A stretch of 64,000 bases of DNA from a bacterium (lineage in GTDB: Bacteria > Bdellovibrionota_B > Oligoflexia > Oligoflexales > RGVZ01): assembly GCA_043757325.1 (NCBI GenBank), contig JAYVPO010000110.1:2386-66385 (forward strand). Direction: 5' to 3'. The position numbers were made by a program, and so were the translations under genes. Shown piece by piece: positions 52,866 through 62,728 of this stretch; position 1 is the stretch's first letter, and every line of letters starts with the position of its first letter. The notes beneath the pieces are model-generated. The model did no database searches. It had not been told where the DNA came from and saw nothing but the letters and a program-made list of their open reading frames with translations.

Positions 52866-54856
52866 GTGTAACTCTCTGCGATAATTTCTGCGATATCTTT
52901 GATCTGAACTTTATCGCTTGCGCCTTCGCTTTTCACTCCGTCTGTCATCATCGTCAAGCAAAATGGACACGCAGTTGCGACCATTGAAGCGCCTGTGGCA
53001 ATGGCTTCTTTTGCGCGATTTACATTGACGCGCTCACCAATATTCTCTTCCATCCACATTCGCCCACCACCAGCGCCGCAACAAAAACCTTTTTCTTTAT
53101 TACGCGGCATTTCAATCAACGTTAAATTACCAAGTGATTGCAAAGACTCGCGCGGCGATTTGTAAACAGAATTGTGACGACCTAAATAGCACGAATCATG
53201 ATACGTCACATTTTGAGCTTCCACAGGAACGTTCTCGGGTGCAATTTTTTTGGTTTGAATAAGATCTTCTATCAACTGCGAGTGATGAATCACCTCGGCT
53301 TTAAAGCCAAAATCCGGGTATTCATTCTTAATAGTATTGAAACAATGGGGGCAACCTGTGACTACTTTTTTCACGTTGTATTTTTTTAGTATGGCGATGT
53401 TTTCTGTAATCGCTGCGTTGGCCAAATACTCGTTCCCTAAACGGCGCGCCGTGTCACCATTGCATTTTTCTTCGGTTCCTAATATGGAAAACGAGATGTC
53501 GGCTTTTTGCATAATTTTAACAATCGACTTCGATACTTTTTTGTAGCGATCATCATAACTTCCCGCACATCCGACCCAAAATAAATAATCTACGTCGCTT
53601 TTTTCGGCCATGGTCGATACATTCAGATCTTTTGCCCAGTCCCCTCGCGTTGCATGAGGCATGGCCCAAGGACTAAAATTGTTTTCAAGATTTTTAAATG
53701 TGTTTTGTAGCTCCGGCGGAAACTGACCTTCTGTCATTGTCATGTAACGCCGCATGTCCACAATTGCTGGAATATGTTCAATATATAATGGACAAGCTTC
53801 CATGCAGGCGCCACAAGTTGTGCAAGACCATAATTCTTCACGCGAAACAATTCCTTCAATTAAAGGTCTACGATCTTCGACTTTCGGCTTATTTAAGGCC
53901 TCATGCATAGATTCTTTCAAATGGTGAATTATCAGCCTTGGGTCGAGTGGTTTACCTGTATTTGTTGCTGGACATTGTTCCGTACAGCGGCCACATTCAA
54001 CGCAGGTGTAGCCATCTAAAAGCTGTTTCCACGTAAAATCTTCGGTTTTTCCTGCGCCAAAACTTTCGGCATCATCCTTAAATTCCATTGGACGAAGGCG
54101 ACTTCCGCCCGTGTGTTTTCTAAAGAAAATATTTGGTAGGGCCCAAATTAAATGCTGGTGTTTTGAGTAGGGCAAAAAAGTCGTAAAAGAAAACAGTATC
54201 ACACAGTGAAGCCACCAAATTGTTTTGTAAAATACATCCCAAGTTTCAGCTTCCGTAACGTTAAAAATCCCTCCAAGAGCGCTAGCAATGGCCGCAGATA
54301 CTGGGACAAAAGTTGCAACAACTGTGGAAGCCGTATGGGATTTTGCACCCATGTAGATTAACGTTGTAAGAACAAGGCCTAAAATAAGGCACAAAACAAT
54401 ATAGCCGTCAATTTTTGAAGCTTTTTGCAGACCTTGCAGCCTTTTCGGTGCGAAAAAAAGCCGCCGTGAAAGTGCATAGGTAATCGCAAGAGCCACCATG
54501 GCATTGCCTAAATCTTGCGACAGCAGATAGGTATGATAAATCGACCCATTTCCAAGAATCATAGTGAAATTGAAAGTCGGAAAAATTCCGTAGAGTAAAG
54601 TTTCGAGAGTGCCGAGACTTACGGTTATAAAACCCCAAAAAATCATCGTATGCATTATTCCAGAAATCACATCTTTAAACATCCGCGGCTGCAAAAGCCC
54701 AAATGTGAGAGTTTCTGCAACCCGCAAATGCAGATTGTCCATGCGGCCTTCTTCGGGTCCGACTCCGATCTGAAATCTTTTCCAAATTTTTAGAACATTA
54801 AATCCAAAAAATCCAAACGTTCCAGCTGCCATACAAAAAAATAAAAAATGCGTCAT
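52862..54856 (-). CDS. membrane-anchored (Fe-S)-binding oxidoreductase, DsrMK/HdrD-like fusion (NarI-like TM domain, 2x[4Fe-4S], CCG domains)
   Basis: 664 aa with about 6 N-terminal TM helices. Motifs: CVECGRCTEQCP, CTTCGACMEACP, CPHCFNT, GFCCGAGGG, CPFCLTMM. Confidence 0.75.
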   Translation of the reverse strand: MTHFLFFCMAAGTFGFFGFNVLKIWKRFQIGVGPEEGRMDNLHLRVAETLTFGLLQPRMFKDVISGIMHTMIFWGFITVSLGTLETLLYGIFPTFNFTMILGNGSIYHTYLLSQDLGNAMVALAITYALSRRLFFAPKRLQGLQKASKIDGYIVLCLILGLVLTTLIYMGAKSHTASTVVATFVPVSAAIASALGGIFNVTEAETWDVFYKTIWWLHCVILFSFTTFLPYSKHQHLIWALPNIFFRKHTGGSRLRPMEFKDDAESFGAGKTEDFTWKQLLDGYTCVECGRCTEQCPATNTGKPLDPRLIIHHLKESMHEALNKPKVEDRRPLIEGIVSREELWSCTTCGACMEACPLYIEHIPAIVDMRRYMTMTEGQFPPELQNTFKNLENNFSPWAMPHATRGDWAKDLNVSTMAEKSDVDYLFWVGCAGSYDDRYKKVSKSIVKIMQKADISFSILGTEEKCNGDTARRLGNEYLANAAITENIAILKKYNVKKVVTGCPHCFNTIKNEYPDFGFKAEVIHHSQLIEDLIQTKKIAPENVPVEAQNVTYHDSCYLGRHNSVYKSPRESLQSLGNLTLIEMPRNKEKGFCCGAGGGRMWMEENIGERVNVNRAKEAIATGASMVATACPFCLTMMTDGVKSEGASDKVQIKDIAEIIAESYT

Positions 54857-56115
54857 GCTGATTCTCTCCTTTTTTCCCCGGTTATGAGTCTAGCGCCGCG
54901 CTGAAACGTCACATAAGACCAGGTCCACTGAAACAAAACCAAAACCCTATTTCTAAATCCAATTAAATAATAAATATGGACCACCAACCAAATAAGCCAC
55001 GCAAAAATTCCCGAGAATGTAAAGCGACCCATTTCGCCAACAGCAAATTTTCGCCCGACAGTTGCTAAATTGCCTTTATCCAAATATTTAAATATACGCG
55101 TAAATTTTTCCCCGTTAGTTAGAGAAAGAATCTTTTTTGCAACATAAATTCCCTGTTGCATCGCAACCGGAGCAACTCCAGGCAGTGGTCTACCTTCGGA
55201 ATCTCTTACCAATGCGGTATCACCAATCACAAAAATATTTGGAAATTTCGGAACACTTAAATCCTGATTTACCACAACACGTCCACTTTTATCGACTTCT
55301 GCATCAAGCCACTCGCCCGCCGGAGACGCCTTTACACCTGCGGCCCAGATAATATTTTGTGCACTGATCTGTTCATTGTCCAAAGTTACTTGAATCCCAT
55401 CGATATTTTGAACCCGCGAATTCAACCTCACTTCGACACCGAATTCTTCGAGCTTCTGCTGGGCTTTTTTAGCTAGCACCTTGGGAAAAGTTGCAAGCAC
55501 TTGACTGCCAGCTTCAATTAAAATCACGCGCGTGGATTTCGGATTGATATGCCTGAAGTCAGAAATTAGTGCGCGATACGATAATTCTGCGATTGCGCCA
55601 GCCATTTCAACACCAGTCGGCCCAGCTCCAATAACCACAAAAGTTAACCACTGGTTCTTTCGCACTAGATCTGTTTCGGTCTCGGCTTTTTCAAAGGCTG
55701 ATAAAATTTTCTGACGAATAAAAACAGCATCATTAATGGTTTTTAATCCTGGCGCGCTTTTGGCCCAAGTTTCGTGAGCAAAGTAACTATGATAAGCTCC
55801 GGTCGCACAAATTAAATAATCAAAAGGAAAGTTTTTGTCTAAAATCGACACGATCTTATTCACTGGGTCGATAGATAAAACTTCACCCCAAACCACTTCA
55901 ATATTTTTAAAATCACTTAAAATACTTCGAATCGGATAGGCAATATCAGCAGGCGACAAACCCGCCGTTGCAACTTGATATAATAGAGGCTGGAATAAGT
56001 GATGGTTACTTTTGTCGATCAGCGTGACTTCCAGATCAGAATCGCCAAGATGTCTTGCGGCGCGAAGTCCGCCAAAACCACCTCCAATTATCACAACTTG
56101 TAATGTGCGCTGCAT
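54853..56115 (-). CDS. ndh: type II NADH:quinone oxidoreductase (NDH-2)
   Basis: 420 aa with VVIIGGGFGG and a second Rossmann motif VVIGAGPTGVE. The C-terminal amphipathic/TM tail is FAWLIWLVVHIYYLIGF. Confidence 0.85.
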   Translation of the reverse strand: MQRTLQVVIIGGGFGGLRAARHLGDSDLEVTLIDKSNHHLFQPLLYQVATAGLSPADIAYPIRSILSDFKNIEVVWGEVLSIDPVNKIVSILDKNFPFDYLICATGAYHSYFAHETWAKSAPGLKTINDAVFIRQKILSAFEKAETETDLVRKNQWLTFVVIGAGPTGVEMAGAIAELSYRALISDFRHINPKSTRVILIEAGSQVLATFPKVLAKKAQQKLEEFGVEVRLNSRVQNIDGIQVTLDNEQISAQNIIWAAGVKASPAGEWLDAEVDKSGRVVVNQDLSVPKFPNIFVIGDTALVRDSEGRPLPGVAPVAMQQGIYVAKKILSLTNGEKFTRIFKYLDKGNLATVGRKFAVGEMGRFTFSGIFAWLIWLVVHIYYLIGFRNRVLVLFQWTWSYVTFQRGARLITGEKRRESA

Positions 56116-56116
56116 A

Positions 56117-57232
56117 TTATTTTACAATGACCCTTGGAATTATTCCGTTAATTCGAGATACCACTTCATAGTTAATTGAATCACACCAACTTGCAATATC
56201 TTCTACACTTAAATTTTCTTTTCCATCGTTTCCAATTAAGGTAACCGTATCACCAACTTTAGCCGAAGATATTTCACTCACATCAACCATCATCATATTC
56301 ATACAAACTCGTCCAATTATAGCACATCGTCTGCCGGCAATAAGAACGTAGGCTTGAGATTTTCCGGCTGCTCTTGGAAATCCTTCAAAATAGCCAACGG
56401 GAATAACCCCAATCGTCATTTTGTGCGCGGCCTTAAAAGTACAGCCATAGCCGACAAATTGTCCTGCGGCAACGGGTGTGAGCTGAGTGATTTCGCTTTT
56501 CCAAGTTAATGCGGGTTTTAGCTCAAGAAGTTTATTTGCAGATTGAAAAAAAGAAAGTTTGGTCAAAGCCGAAGGCCATAAACCGTATACTGCAATTCCC
56601 GCTCGACATAAATCAAAACGACTTTGTTTCAGAATCAAAGCCGGAGCACTTGCCGCCGCATGAAAAAGACATTTTGGGAATAACTTTCGCAAAGATTTTC
56701 TTACAGCTTCGAATTTTTGCAATTGTAACAGGGCATAACTTTGGTTTGATACATCTTCAACGTTGGAAAAATGCATACAGGCTCCGACAATATTTAAACT
56801 CGCGATATCTTGTTTAATGTTGTCAATAGATTCGGGCGGAAAACCCAGCCTTGACATGCCCGTGTCAAATTCTAAGTGGATTCTTAATCTGGTGTTTTTG
56901 GAATGCAAAATTTCATACAAGGTTTCGTAACTTCCAACAAAAATATCTAACTTGAGGCTTGTTGCTCGCTGGGTGTCTGATCGAATAACGGGGCCGCAGA
57001 CAAGAAGATTTTTTTTAAATCCTGCGTTCCGTAAAATTTCCGCCTCATTTATATCATTGACACAAATCCAGCTTAATTGACTATTTTTTAGGCACAGATA
57101 TGTTTCGAGGAGACCATGGCCATAGGCGTTGGACTTTAAAACTGGTACTAATTGAGATTTACCGGTAATTTGTTGCAACATCGCAACGTTATGTTTTAAT
57201 GCAGAGCTGCTAATTTCAATGTGATTATGCAT
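56117..57232 (-). CDS. alr: alanine racemase
   Basis: 371 aa with the PLP-lysine motif VLKSNAYGHG. The C-terminal beta domain contains ..GYGCTF.. and ..GRVCMNMMMVDV... Confidence 0.9.
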   Translation of the reverse strand: MHNHIEISSSALKHNVAMLQQITGKSQLVPVLKSNAYGHGLLETYLCLKNSQLSWICVNDINEAEILRNAGFKKNLLVCGPVIRSDTQRATSLKLDIFVGSYETLYEILHSKNTRLRIHLEFDTGMSRLGFPPESIDNIKQDIASLNIVGACMHFSNVEDVSNQSYALLQLQKFEAVRKSLRKLFPKCLFHAAASAPALILKQSRFDLCRAGIAVYGLWPSALTKLSFFQSANKLLELKPALTWKSEITQLTPVAAGQFVGYGCTFKAAHKMTIGVIPVGYFEGFPRAAGKSQAYVLIAGRRCAIIGRVCMNMMMVDVSEISSAKVGDTVTLIGNDGKENLSVEDIASWCDSINYEVVSRINGIIPRVIVK

Positions 57233-57444
57233 ACATTCTATATGTTAAACCATAATTCAGTTGAAGTCTTGTAATCCTCCGATGATTTTATGTTGCAAAA
57301 GATTCTGAGAAACTATAATTTTACCAACTCGAGTCGAATGTTAGATTTTTGACCAATTTAATAGATGTACTGTCAGTTATTACGATAGCGACAAATTCAA
57401 CCTGTAATTGAAGCGAATCGTTAAAATTTTTGAAGGAGTAAGAT

Positions 57445-57597
57445 ATGACTAAAAGAACCTACCAACCCCATAATAAAAGAAGAATTCGGGTGCACGGCTT
57501 TCGTGAAAGAATGGCCTCACCAACGGGTCGGGCTGTTTTAAGCCGTCGACGATCGAAAGGCCGCAAAAGACTTGCCGTTTCGATTTATTCCAAATAA
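57445..57597 (+). CDS. rpmH: 50S ribosomal protein L34
   Basis: Below the ORF-track cutoff. GAAGGAG lies before the [53 protein letters not shown]. Confidence 0.95.
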   Translation: MTKRTYQPHNKRRIRVHGFRERMASPTGRAVLSRRRSKGRKRLAVSIYSK

Positions 57598-57607
57598 CAA
57601 ACACTTT

Positions 57608-58003
57608 ATGCTTCCTAAAAAATACCGACTGCACAAGTCGAGCGAGTTTGACCTTGCGTTTGCGCAAGGACGTAAAGTCGTTAGCGGGTGGCTTGTTCTA
57701 TACGGGCTCACTCATTCGCAAGATAGTTTAGAACTTTCATTGCCAAAACTTGGCGTGGTTGTCACCAAAGCTCTGGGCTCGGCTGTGGAACGAAACAGGG
57801 TTCGACGAGTAGTGCGTGAAACTTTTCAAGATAATGCTGTAAGAAATCAAAGATATAAAAATCTTTCAAATGTTGTGGTTGTCGTTCGACCGAAAGCAAG
57901 CCAGATTAAAAATCCCGAATTAAGAAAATCTTTAGAAGACAGCTTAAAAAAGCTCGATCAATGTTTATCAAAATTCGAAAAACCTATTGAGACCAAGAAA
58001 TGA
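57608..58003 (+). CDS. rnpA: ribonuclease P protein component
   Basis: The internal ATG 57608 gives MLPKKYRLHKSSEFDLAF... The RNR-like motif is AVERNRVRRVVRE. It follows rpmH. Confidence 0.85.
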   Translation: MLPKKYRLHKSSEFDLAFAQGRKVVSGWLVLYGLTHSQDSLELSLPKLGVVVTKALGSAVERNRVRRVVRETFQDNAVRNQRYKNLSNVVVVVRPKASQIKNPELRKSLEDSLKKLDQCLSKFEKPIETKK

Positions 58004-58239
58004 CCCGAATCTTGCAATCATTGCAGAATTTAGTTTTGATGTGTCTTTTAGTTTCAATAAAAACATACCAAAAAGTTGGAATATATTTATTTGGGCCACG
58101 TTGCCGATTTTTTCCTTCGTGTTCGGAGTATACAGCCCTTTCTTTAACAAAACATGGAATTGTCAGAGGTGTTTTTATGGCGTTTAAACGCATAATAAAA
58201 TGCCAACCTTTTCACGCAGGCGGAGTTGACTTTCCTTGA
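58000..58239 (+). CDS. yidD: membrane protein insertion efficiency factor
   Basis: ..YQKVGIYLFGPRCRFFPSCSEYTALSLTKHGIVRG.. is the family signature. Confidence 0.9.
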   Translation: MTRILQSLQNLVLMCLLVSIKTYQKVGIYLFGPRCRFFPSCSEYTALSLTKHGIVRGVFMAFKRIIKCQPFHAGGVDFP

Positions 58240-59888
58240 ATCAAGAATCAAAAAACTGGTTTCTGGCTATTATTGCTATCGTAGGATTTTATGTTCTGTA
58301 CACGCAGTACTTAAATACAAAATACCCAAAGCCTGTAGCCGAATTATCGCCAGTGAATCCAAATCCTGTTTCCAATCCTGTTGTAAATCCTCCTGTGGTT
58401 TCTGTAGCTTCTGAAAGTATTTCGACTATAAAACGTTTAACCGACGCAGAAATGACCTTTGAAACAGCCGAATTCGTTGCCAAGTTAAACCAAGATAGCG
58501 GTGGATTTCAGTCGATAAAATTAAAAAAATATAAAAAAGACATCAAAACAGAAATTCCTGGTGATCTTCGCGAGGCCGAACTAGTCGATTTATCGGAAGC
58601 CGGTTATTTTGTGTTGCAGCCGCACATCAATGCGGCACCCGCGCAAATTTCCAGTGTTTATCTAAAAGGTTTTGAGGCAAAACGCGAAGCTAATAGCATA
58701 ACGTTTGCGAGACAAATTCCCGGTTGGAATCTGGATCATAAAATTACTTTTCCTGCTGAAGGTTTTGTGGGCAAAGCCGAAGTTTCATTTAAAAATACTT
58801 TGGTGACAGCCCAAAACTTAAAAGCCCAAATCTTAATCGAGAAAGCATCACTTCCAGAAGTTAAGAAACAATTTCAGTTTATCCCAGGTGGCCCGGTTTT
58901 TAAGCCGCGGTTTATTGGTACTTTTTCTAATGAAGATGAATTTATTGAGACTGAGAAGTTTTGTGATGCCGAACCTAAAACATTTTCGGGGAGGGAGACT
59001 CTTTTTGATTTTGTCGGGTTTGATAACCATTATTTCCTGACGACTTTTCAGCCTAAAGATAAATTCGATTTTAATGTGATGAAAACCACTTCTGGGCCGG
59101 TAGATAACAAGACTTGCCCGGTGCAAATCGCCTTGAACCAAGACCGAGGTATGGTGCAACCTGGTGAGGTTGTAAAATTTGAAATGGAGTACTTTTTCGG
59201 TCCAAAAGACTTAGAAGTACTGACAAGCTACCGCGAAGTTATGCGCGTTACCCTAGGTCTTGGTTGGCTTGATTTAGTTGCCAAACCTCTACTTCTTGCG
59301 ATTAAGGGGCTTTATAAAGTTACATTTAATTACGGCATCGCGGTGATTCTTTTAACTCTTTTAATCAAAATTCTTTTTTACCCTTTGGCCAAAAAATCCG
59401 CACAGTCAGCCGCCAAAATGAAGGTTCTTAACCCACAGATGACTGCTATTCGCGAACGATTTAAAGACGACCCTCAGAAATTGCAGCGTGAGATGATGGG
59501 TTTTATGAGCAAAAATAAAATCAATCCAGTGCAAGGTTGTTTGCCTATTTTGCCTCAGATTCCGGTGTTTTTTGCCTTGTATCGTGTTCTATCGGCATCC
59601 ATCGAGCTGCGTCATGCGCCATTTTTTGGATGGATTCAGGATTTATCTGCGGCTGATCCGTATTTAATTACGCCTTTACTTTTGGGCGCAGGAATGTTTG
59701 TCCAGCAACGGCTAACGCCTACTCCAGGCATGGATAAAACCCAACAAAGGGTGTTATTATTTATGCCTTTGATTTTTACCGTAATGATGTTGACACTGCC
59801 ATCGGGGCTTGTCCTTTATATGTTGACCAACACTCTTACCTCTATTGCACAGCAGTATTGGCTCAACAAAAAACTCACCACCGCATAG
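58236..59888 (+). CDS. yidC: membrane protein insertase
   Basis: 550 aa with an N-terminal TM helix, a periplasmic domain, and the 60 kDa IMP core (..PLAKKSAQSAAKMKVLNPQM.., ..GCLPILPQIPVFFALY..). Confidence 0.9.
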   Translation: MNQESKNWFLAIIAIVGFYVLYTQYLNTKYPKPVAELSPVNPNPVSNPVVNPPVVSVASESISTIKRLTDAEMTFETAEFVAKLNQDSGGFQSIKLKKYKKDIKTEIPGDLREAELVDLSEAGYFVLQPHINAAPAQISSVYLKGFEAKREANSITFARQIPGWNLDHKITFPAEGFVGKAEVSFKNTLVTAQNLKAQILIEKASLPEVKKQFQFIPGGPVFKPRFIGTFSNEDEFIETEKFCDAEPKTFSGRETLFDFVGFDNHYFLTTFQPKDKFDFNVMKTTSGPVDNKTCPVQIALNQDRGMVQPGEVVKFEMEYFFGPKDLEVLTSYREVMRVTLGLGWLDLVAKPLLLAIKGLYKVTFNYGIAVILLTLLIKILFYPLAKKSAQSAAKMKVLNPQMTAIRERFKDDPQKLQREMMGFMSKNKINPVQGCLPILPQIPVFFALYRVLSASIELRHAPFFGWIQDLSAADPYLITPLLLGAGMFVQQRLTPTPGMDKTQQRVLLFMPLIFTVMMLTLPSGLVLYMLTNTLTSIAQQYWLNKKLTTA

Positions 59889-59898
59889 GAGAAAATTC

Positions 59899-60873
59899 AT
59901 GCAAGACAAAGTATCTATCGTCGCAAAAACCGTCGAACAGGCTATCGTGATAGCCTCAGGAAAATTGGGTGTCGCCCAGGAACAAATCGATTTTAAGGTT
60001 ATAAAAAAATCTGGCGGTGGTTTTTTCTCTTTTTTAACCTCGCCCAAAGTGGAAATCGAGGCTTGGAAAAAATCCGATTCAAAAAACAATCAATCTTCGC
60101 GCGGACAGCATGAAAATGGACGTGGGAATGGGCGAGATAACGGAAGAGATAACAGACGAGGGGCAAAATCGCAGCAGGACTCAGGCCGCGAGGATAAACC
60201 TCGAAACTCAAATAACAGTGAAGGCGCAAACCGTAGCGAAAATAGAGGCGGCCGGGGAAACGGCGGTGGACGTCACAACAAAAATAGTGCGGAACGCGCC
60301 GACAGGCAGGAACGTTCTCGTGAACCTCGCGAAGCAAGAGATCCGAATGCTATTCCAGCAGAGCCTTTAACAACTGCGCAATTAGACGTTTTGCGCACGG
60401 AGCTCAAAGATTTTTTAGCGAAAACATGCACTTTGATATCGGGAGAACCCACCGAAGTAACCGCCACTTTAACCGATAAAAGGCTGCAGCTTGATATTCA
60501 AAATGAATTTATTCAAGAAGAAATTCAAAAAAACCCAAAACTTGTTGAAGCGTTGGAACATTTAGTACGAAAAAAACCTCGCCATCTTAAACAAGAACTT
60601 CCATTTCGTGTTTTTATCGATGCCAACGGCAATCGTAAATCTCGCGAGCAAGAACTTTTAAAAGTTGCGGCCGAAATGTCGAACGAAGTATTCGAAACCA
60701 AAAAATCTATGGTTTTAAATTATCGTAGTTCTTACGACAGAAAAATCATTCATATGGCGCTTGAAAAAGACGACCGAGTTGTAACTAAGTCGATTGGTTC
60801 CGGTCCGCAGCGTAAGCTTATGATTCTTCCAGCCGATGATCAGGAAGCGGCTTCACAATCAGCTGCCGAGTGA
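59899..60873 (+). CDS. jag: Jag/KhpB-type RNA-binding protein (Jag_N, KH, R3H) with an Arg/Gly/Asn-rich insert
   Basis: ATG 59899 after AGGAG. The Jag_N part is MQDKVSIVAKTVEQAIVIASGKLGV. The C-terminal R3H part is ..YDRKIIHMALEKDDRVVTKSIGSGPQRKLMI... Confidence 0.8.
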   Translation: MQDKVSIVAKTVEQAIVIASGKLGVAQEQIDFKVIKKSGGGFFSFLTSPKVEIEAWKKSDSKNNQSSRGQHENGRGNGRDNGRDNRRGAKSQQDSGREDKPRNSNNSEGANRSENRGGRGNGGGRHNKNSAERADRQERSREPREARDPNAIPAEPLTTAQLDVLRTELKDFLAKTCTLISGEPTEVTATLTDKRLQLDIQNEFIQEEIQKNPKLVEALEHLVRKKPRHLKQELPFRVFIDANGNRKSREQELLKVAAEMSNEVFETKKSMVLNYRSSYDRKIIHMALEKDDRVVTKSIGSGPQRKLMILPADDQEAASQSAAE

Positions 60874-60903
60874 AAAGCCGATTGATTTTGGTTTGAAATA
60901 AAT

Positions 60904-62220
60904 ATGTTTCCAATTATAGCTGCACGCTCCACAGCCGTAGGATCTGGTGCTGTATGTGTAATCCGCATTTCTGGGTTGTCGTGTCACAAAATTTGCGCAC
61001 CTTTTTTCTCGTTGTCTAAATTTGAAATTCGCCATGCGCATTATTGTTATTTTCTAGACCCTAAAACCCAGACGAAACTTGATGACGTTGTGGCAACTTT
61101 TTTTGCCTCACCACATTCGTACACCGGTGAAGATTCCATAGAATTTTCTTGTCACGGTGGAAGTTTTATCTCTGAAAAGCTTTTAACAGTTCTCTATACC
61201 AATGGCCTAAAGCCGGCCGAACCAGGAGAATTTTCTCGTCGTGCTGTGTTAAATGGCCGGATGGATCTGACCCAGGCTGAAGGTGTGAAAGCGTTGATCG
61301 AAGCCGTTTCCGAACAAGAGTGGCGTGCAGGTCGAAGTCTTTTAGATGGTGGCTTAAAATTAAAAGTAGCGGATTTAAGAAGTAAAATTATTTCGGTATT
61401 GGCATATTTAGAAGCTCGCATTGATTTCCCAGAAGAAGATGATGTCAAAGTGGATATGTCGGATGTTAATAACCAGCTCCTAAAAATTCAAAGTGATTTG
61501 GAAGCTTTAAAGGAATCCTACAAAGATGGAAAAGTCGCCTATGAAGGCTTAAAAGTTGCCATTATCGGACCGCCAAATTCAGGAAAATCAACGCTATTAA
61601 ATTTCTTACTTAAAAAAAATCGGGCATTAGTATCGGACGTTCCAGGAACAACCAGAGATTATATCGAAGAAAAATGCCTGATAAAAGGACGGCTACTTCG
61701 CCTAGTTGACACAGCGGGCGTGCGCGAGACGGCAGAGACCATCGAAAAAATGGGCATAGCGTTGAGTTTTGAAATCGCTAAGCTTGCCGATGTGGTCGTT
61801 CTGCTTTCTGATGGAACGGCGGAAGTGGGCATTGACTCACTGCAAAATAAAAAAATTCTTCGAATTCAAACTAAAAGTGATCTGAATATGAAATTAAAAG
61901 GTGGGACAGAGTTCGCTATTTCTTGTCATACCGGCGAAAACTGCAACAAACTTCTGGATCGTTTGGCAGGAATCTGTGATTCGCATCTGGTCGGGGTTGA
62001 AGATCAGGTTTTTTTGGCAAACGAAAGACAGTTTTCCGCAATTAAAAATGCATTAAGCTTCTTTGAAAAATATTGGCTAATAAATCTATCTAAAGGAGTA
62101 GACGAATGCTTAGCCTTTGAGCTTCAAGAAGCAGTTCGTGCCCTTGAAAGTTTAATTGGGACTGTGACCAACGATGCGGTGCTTGATAAAATCTTTTCAG
62201 AGTTCTGTGTAGGCAAATGA
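60904..62220 (+). CDS. mnmE: tRNA modification GTPase
   Basis: 438 aa with the G domain GPPNSGKSTLLN, ..DVPGTTRD.., ..DTAGVRE.., and the C-terminal FCVGK motif. Confidence 0.92.
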   Translation: MFPIIAARSTAVGSGAVCVIRISGLSCHKICAPFFSLSKFEIRHAHYCYFLDPKTQTKLDDVVATFFASPHSYTGEDSIEFSCHGGSFISEKLLTVLYTNGLKPAEPGEFSRRAVLNGRMDLTQAEGVKALIEAVSEQEWRAGRSLLDGGLKLKVADLRSKIISVLAYLEARIDFPEEDDVKVDMSDVNNQLLKIQSDLEALKESYKDGKVAYEGLKVAIIGPPNSGKSTLLNFLLKKNRALVSDVPGTTRDYIEEKCLIKGRLLRLVDTAGVRETAETIEKMGIALSFEIAKLADVVVLLSDGTAEVGIDSLQNKKILRIQTKSDLNMKLKGGTEFAISCHTGENCNKLLDRLAGICDSHLVGVEDQVFLANERQFSAIKNALSFFEKYWLINLSKGVDECLAFELQEAVRALESLIGTVTNDAVLDKIFSEFCVGK

Positions 62221-62226
62221 GTTGTT

Positions 62227-62664
62227 TTAGTTTTCCAAAGTGAAAATCACCTCTCTGGCGTCGTCTTCAAGAAAATTCAAACTAACTAAATTTGACTGCC
62301 CACGCTCTAGTGAAAAATAAATCGGGTGCATTCCTACCTCACAATTTTCTAAATTCGATAACGCAAGAATTCGAGCTAAATCACAACTTTCCAAAAAAAA
62401 TCTTATTTTTGCGGGCGAAAAAATCTCAATTTCAACTGGGATTTTTGCGAAATGAGTTATTAAAAATTTTCTTAGACCCTTTGAGCCATCTTCCAAATGC
62501 CAAAAGTCGGTTCGTTTTTCAGTGATCGCGAGGATTGGAGCAAAGCGGCCATGACGCTGCCGATTAATTTGAATATGAACACGAATATCGTCGGGCGCAG
62601 GTTTCGCGAAACTAAGTGATTCACAAAGATAGAACGCCAAAAATGCCGGAAAAAAATGTTTCAT
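62227..62664 (-). CDS. hypothetical secreted protein
   Basis: 145 aa with signal peptide MKHFFPAFLAFYLCESLSFA. No family recognised. Confidence 0.4.
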   Translation of the reverse strand: MKHFFPAFLAFYLCESLSFAKPAPDDIRVHIQINRQRHGRFAPILAITEKRTDFWHLEDGSKGLRKFLITHFAKIPVEIEIFSPAKIRFFLESCDLARILALSNLENCEVGMHPIYFSLERGQSNLVSLNFLEDDAREVIFTLEN

Positions 62665-62728
62665 ATTTTGTAATCGGATATTTTAAAGTATAATTTCAAC
62701 TTAACGAATTAAGTATATCATTTTATTT

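Noticed and set aside
57233-57444. Looked for oriC / DnaA boxes next to rpmH, because rpmH-rnpA-yidC-mnmE often flanks dnaA/oriC.
   Set aside because: The upstream neighbour is alr, not dnaA. I found no TTATCCACA-like 9-mers or AT-rich 13-mer cluster in the 212-bp gap.
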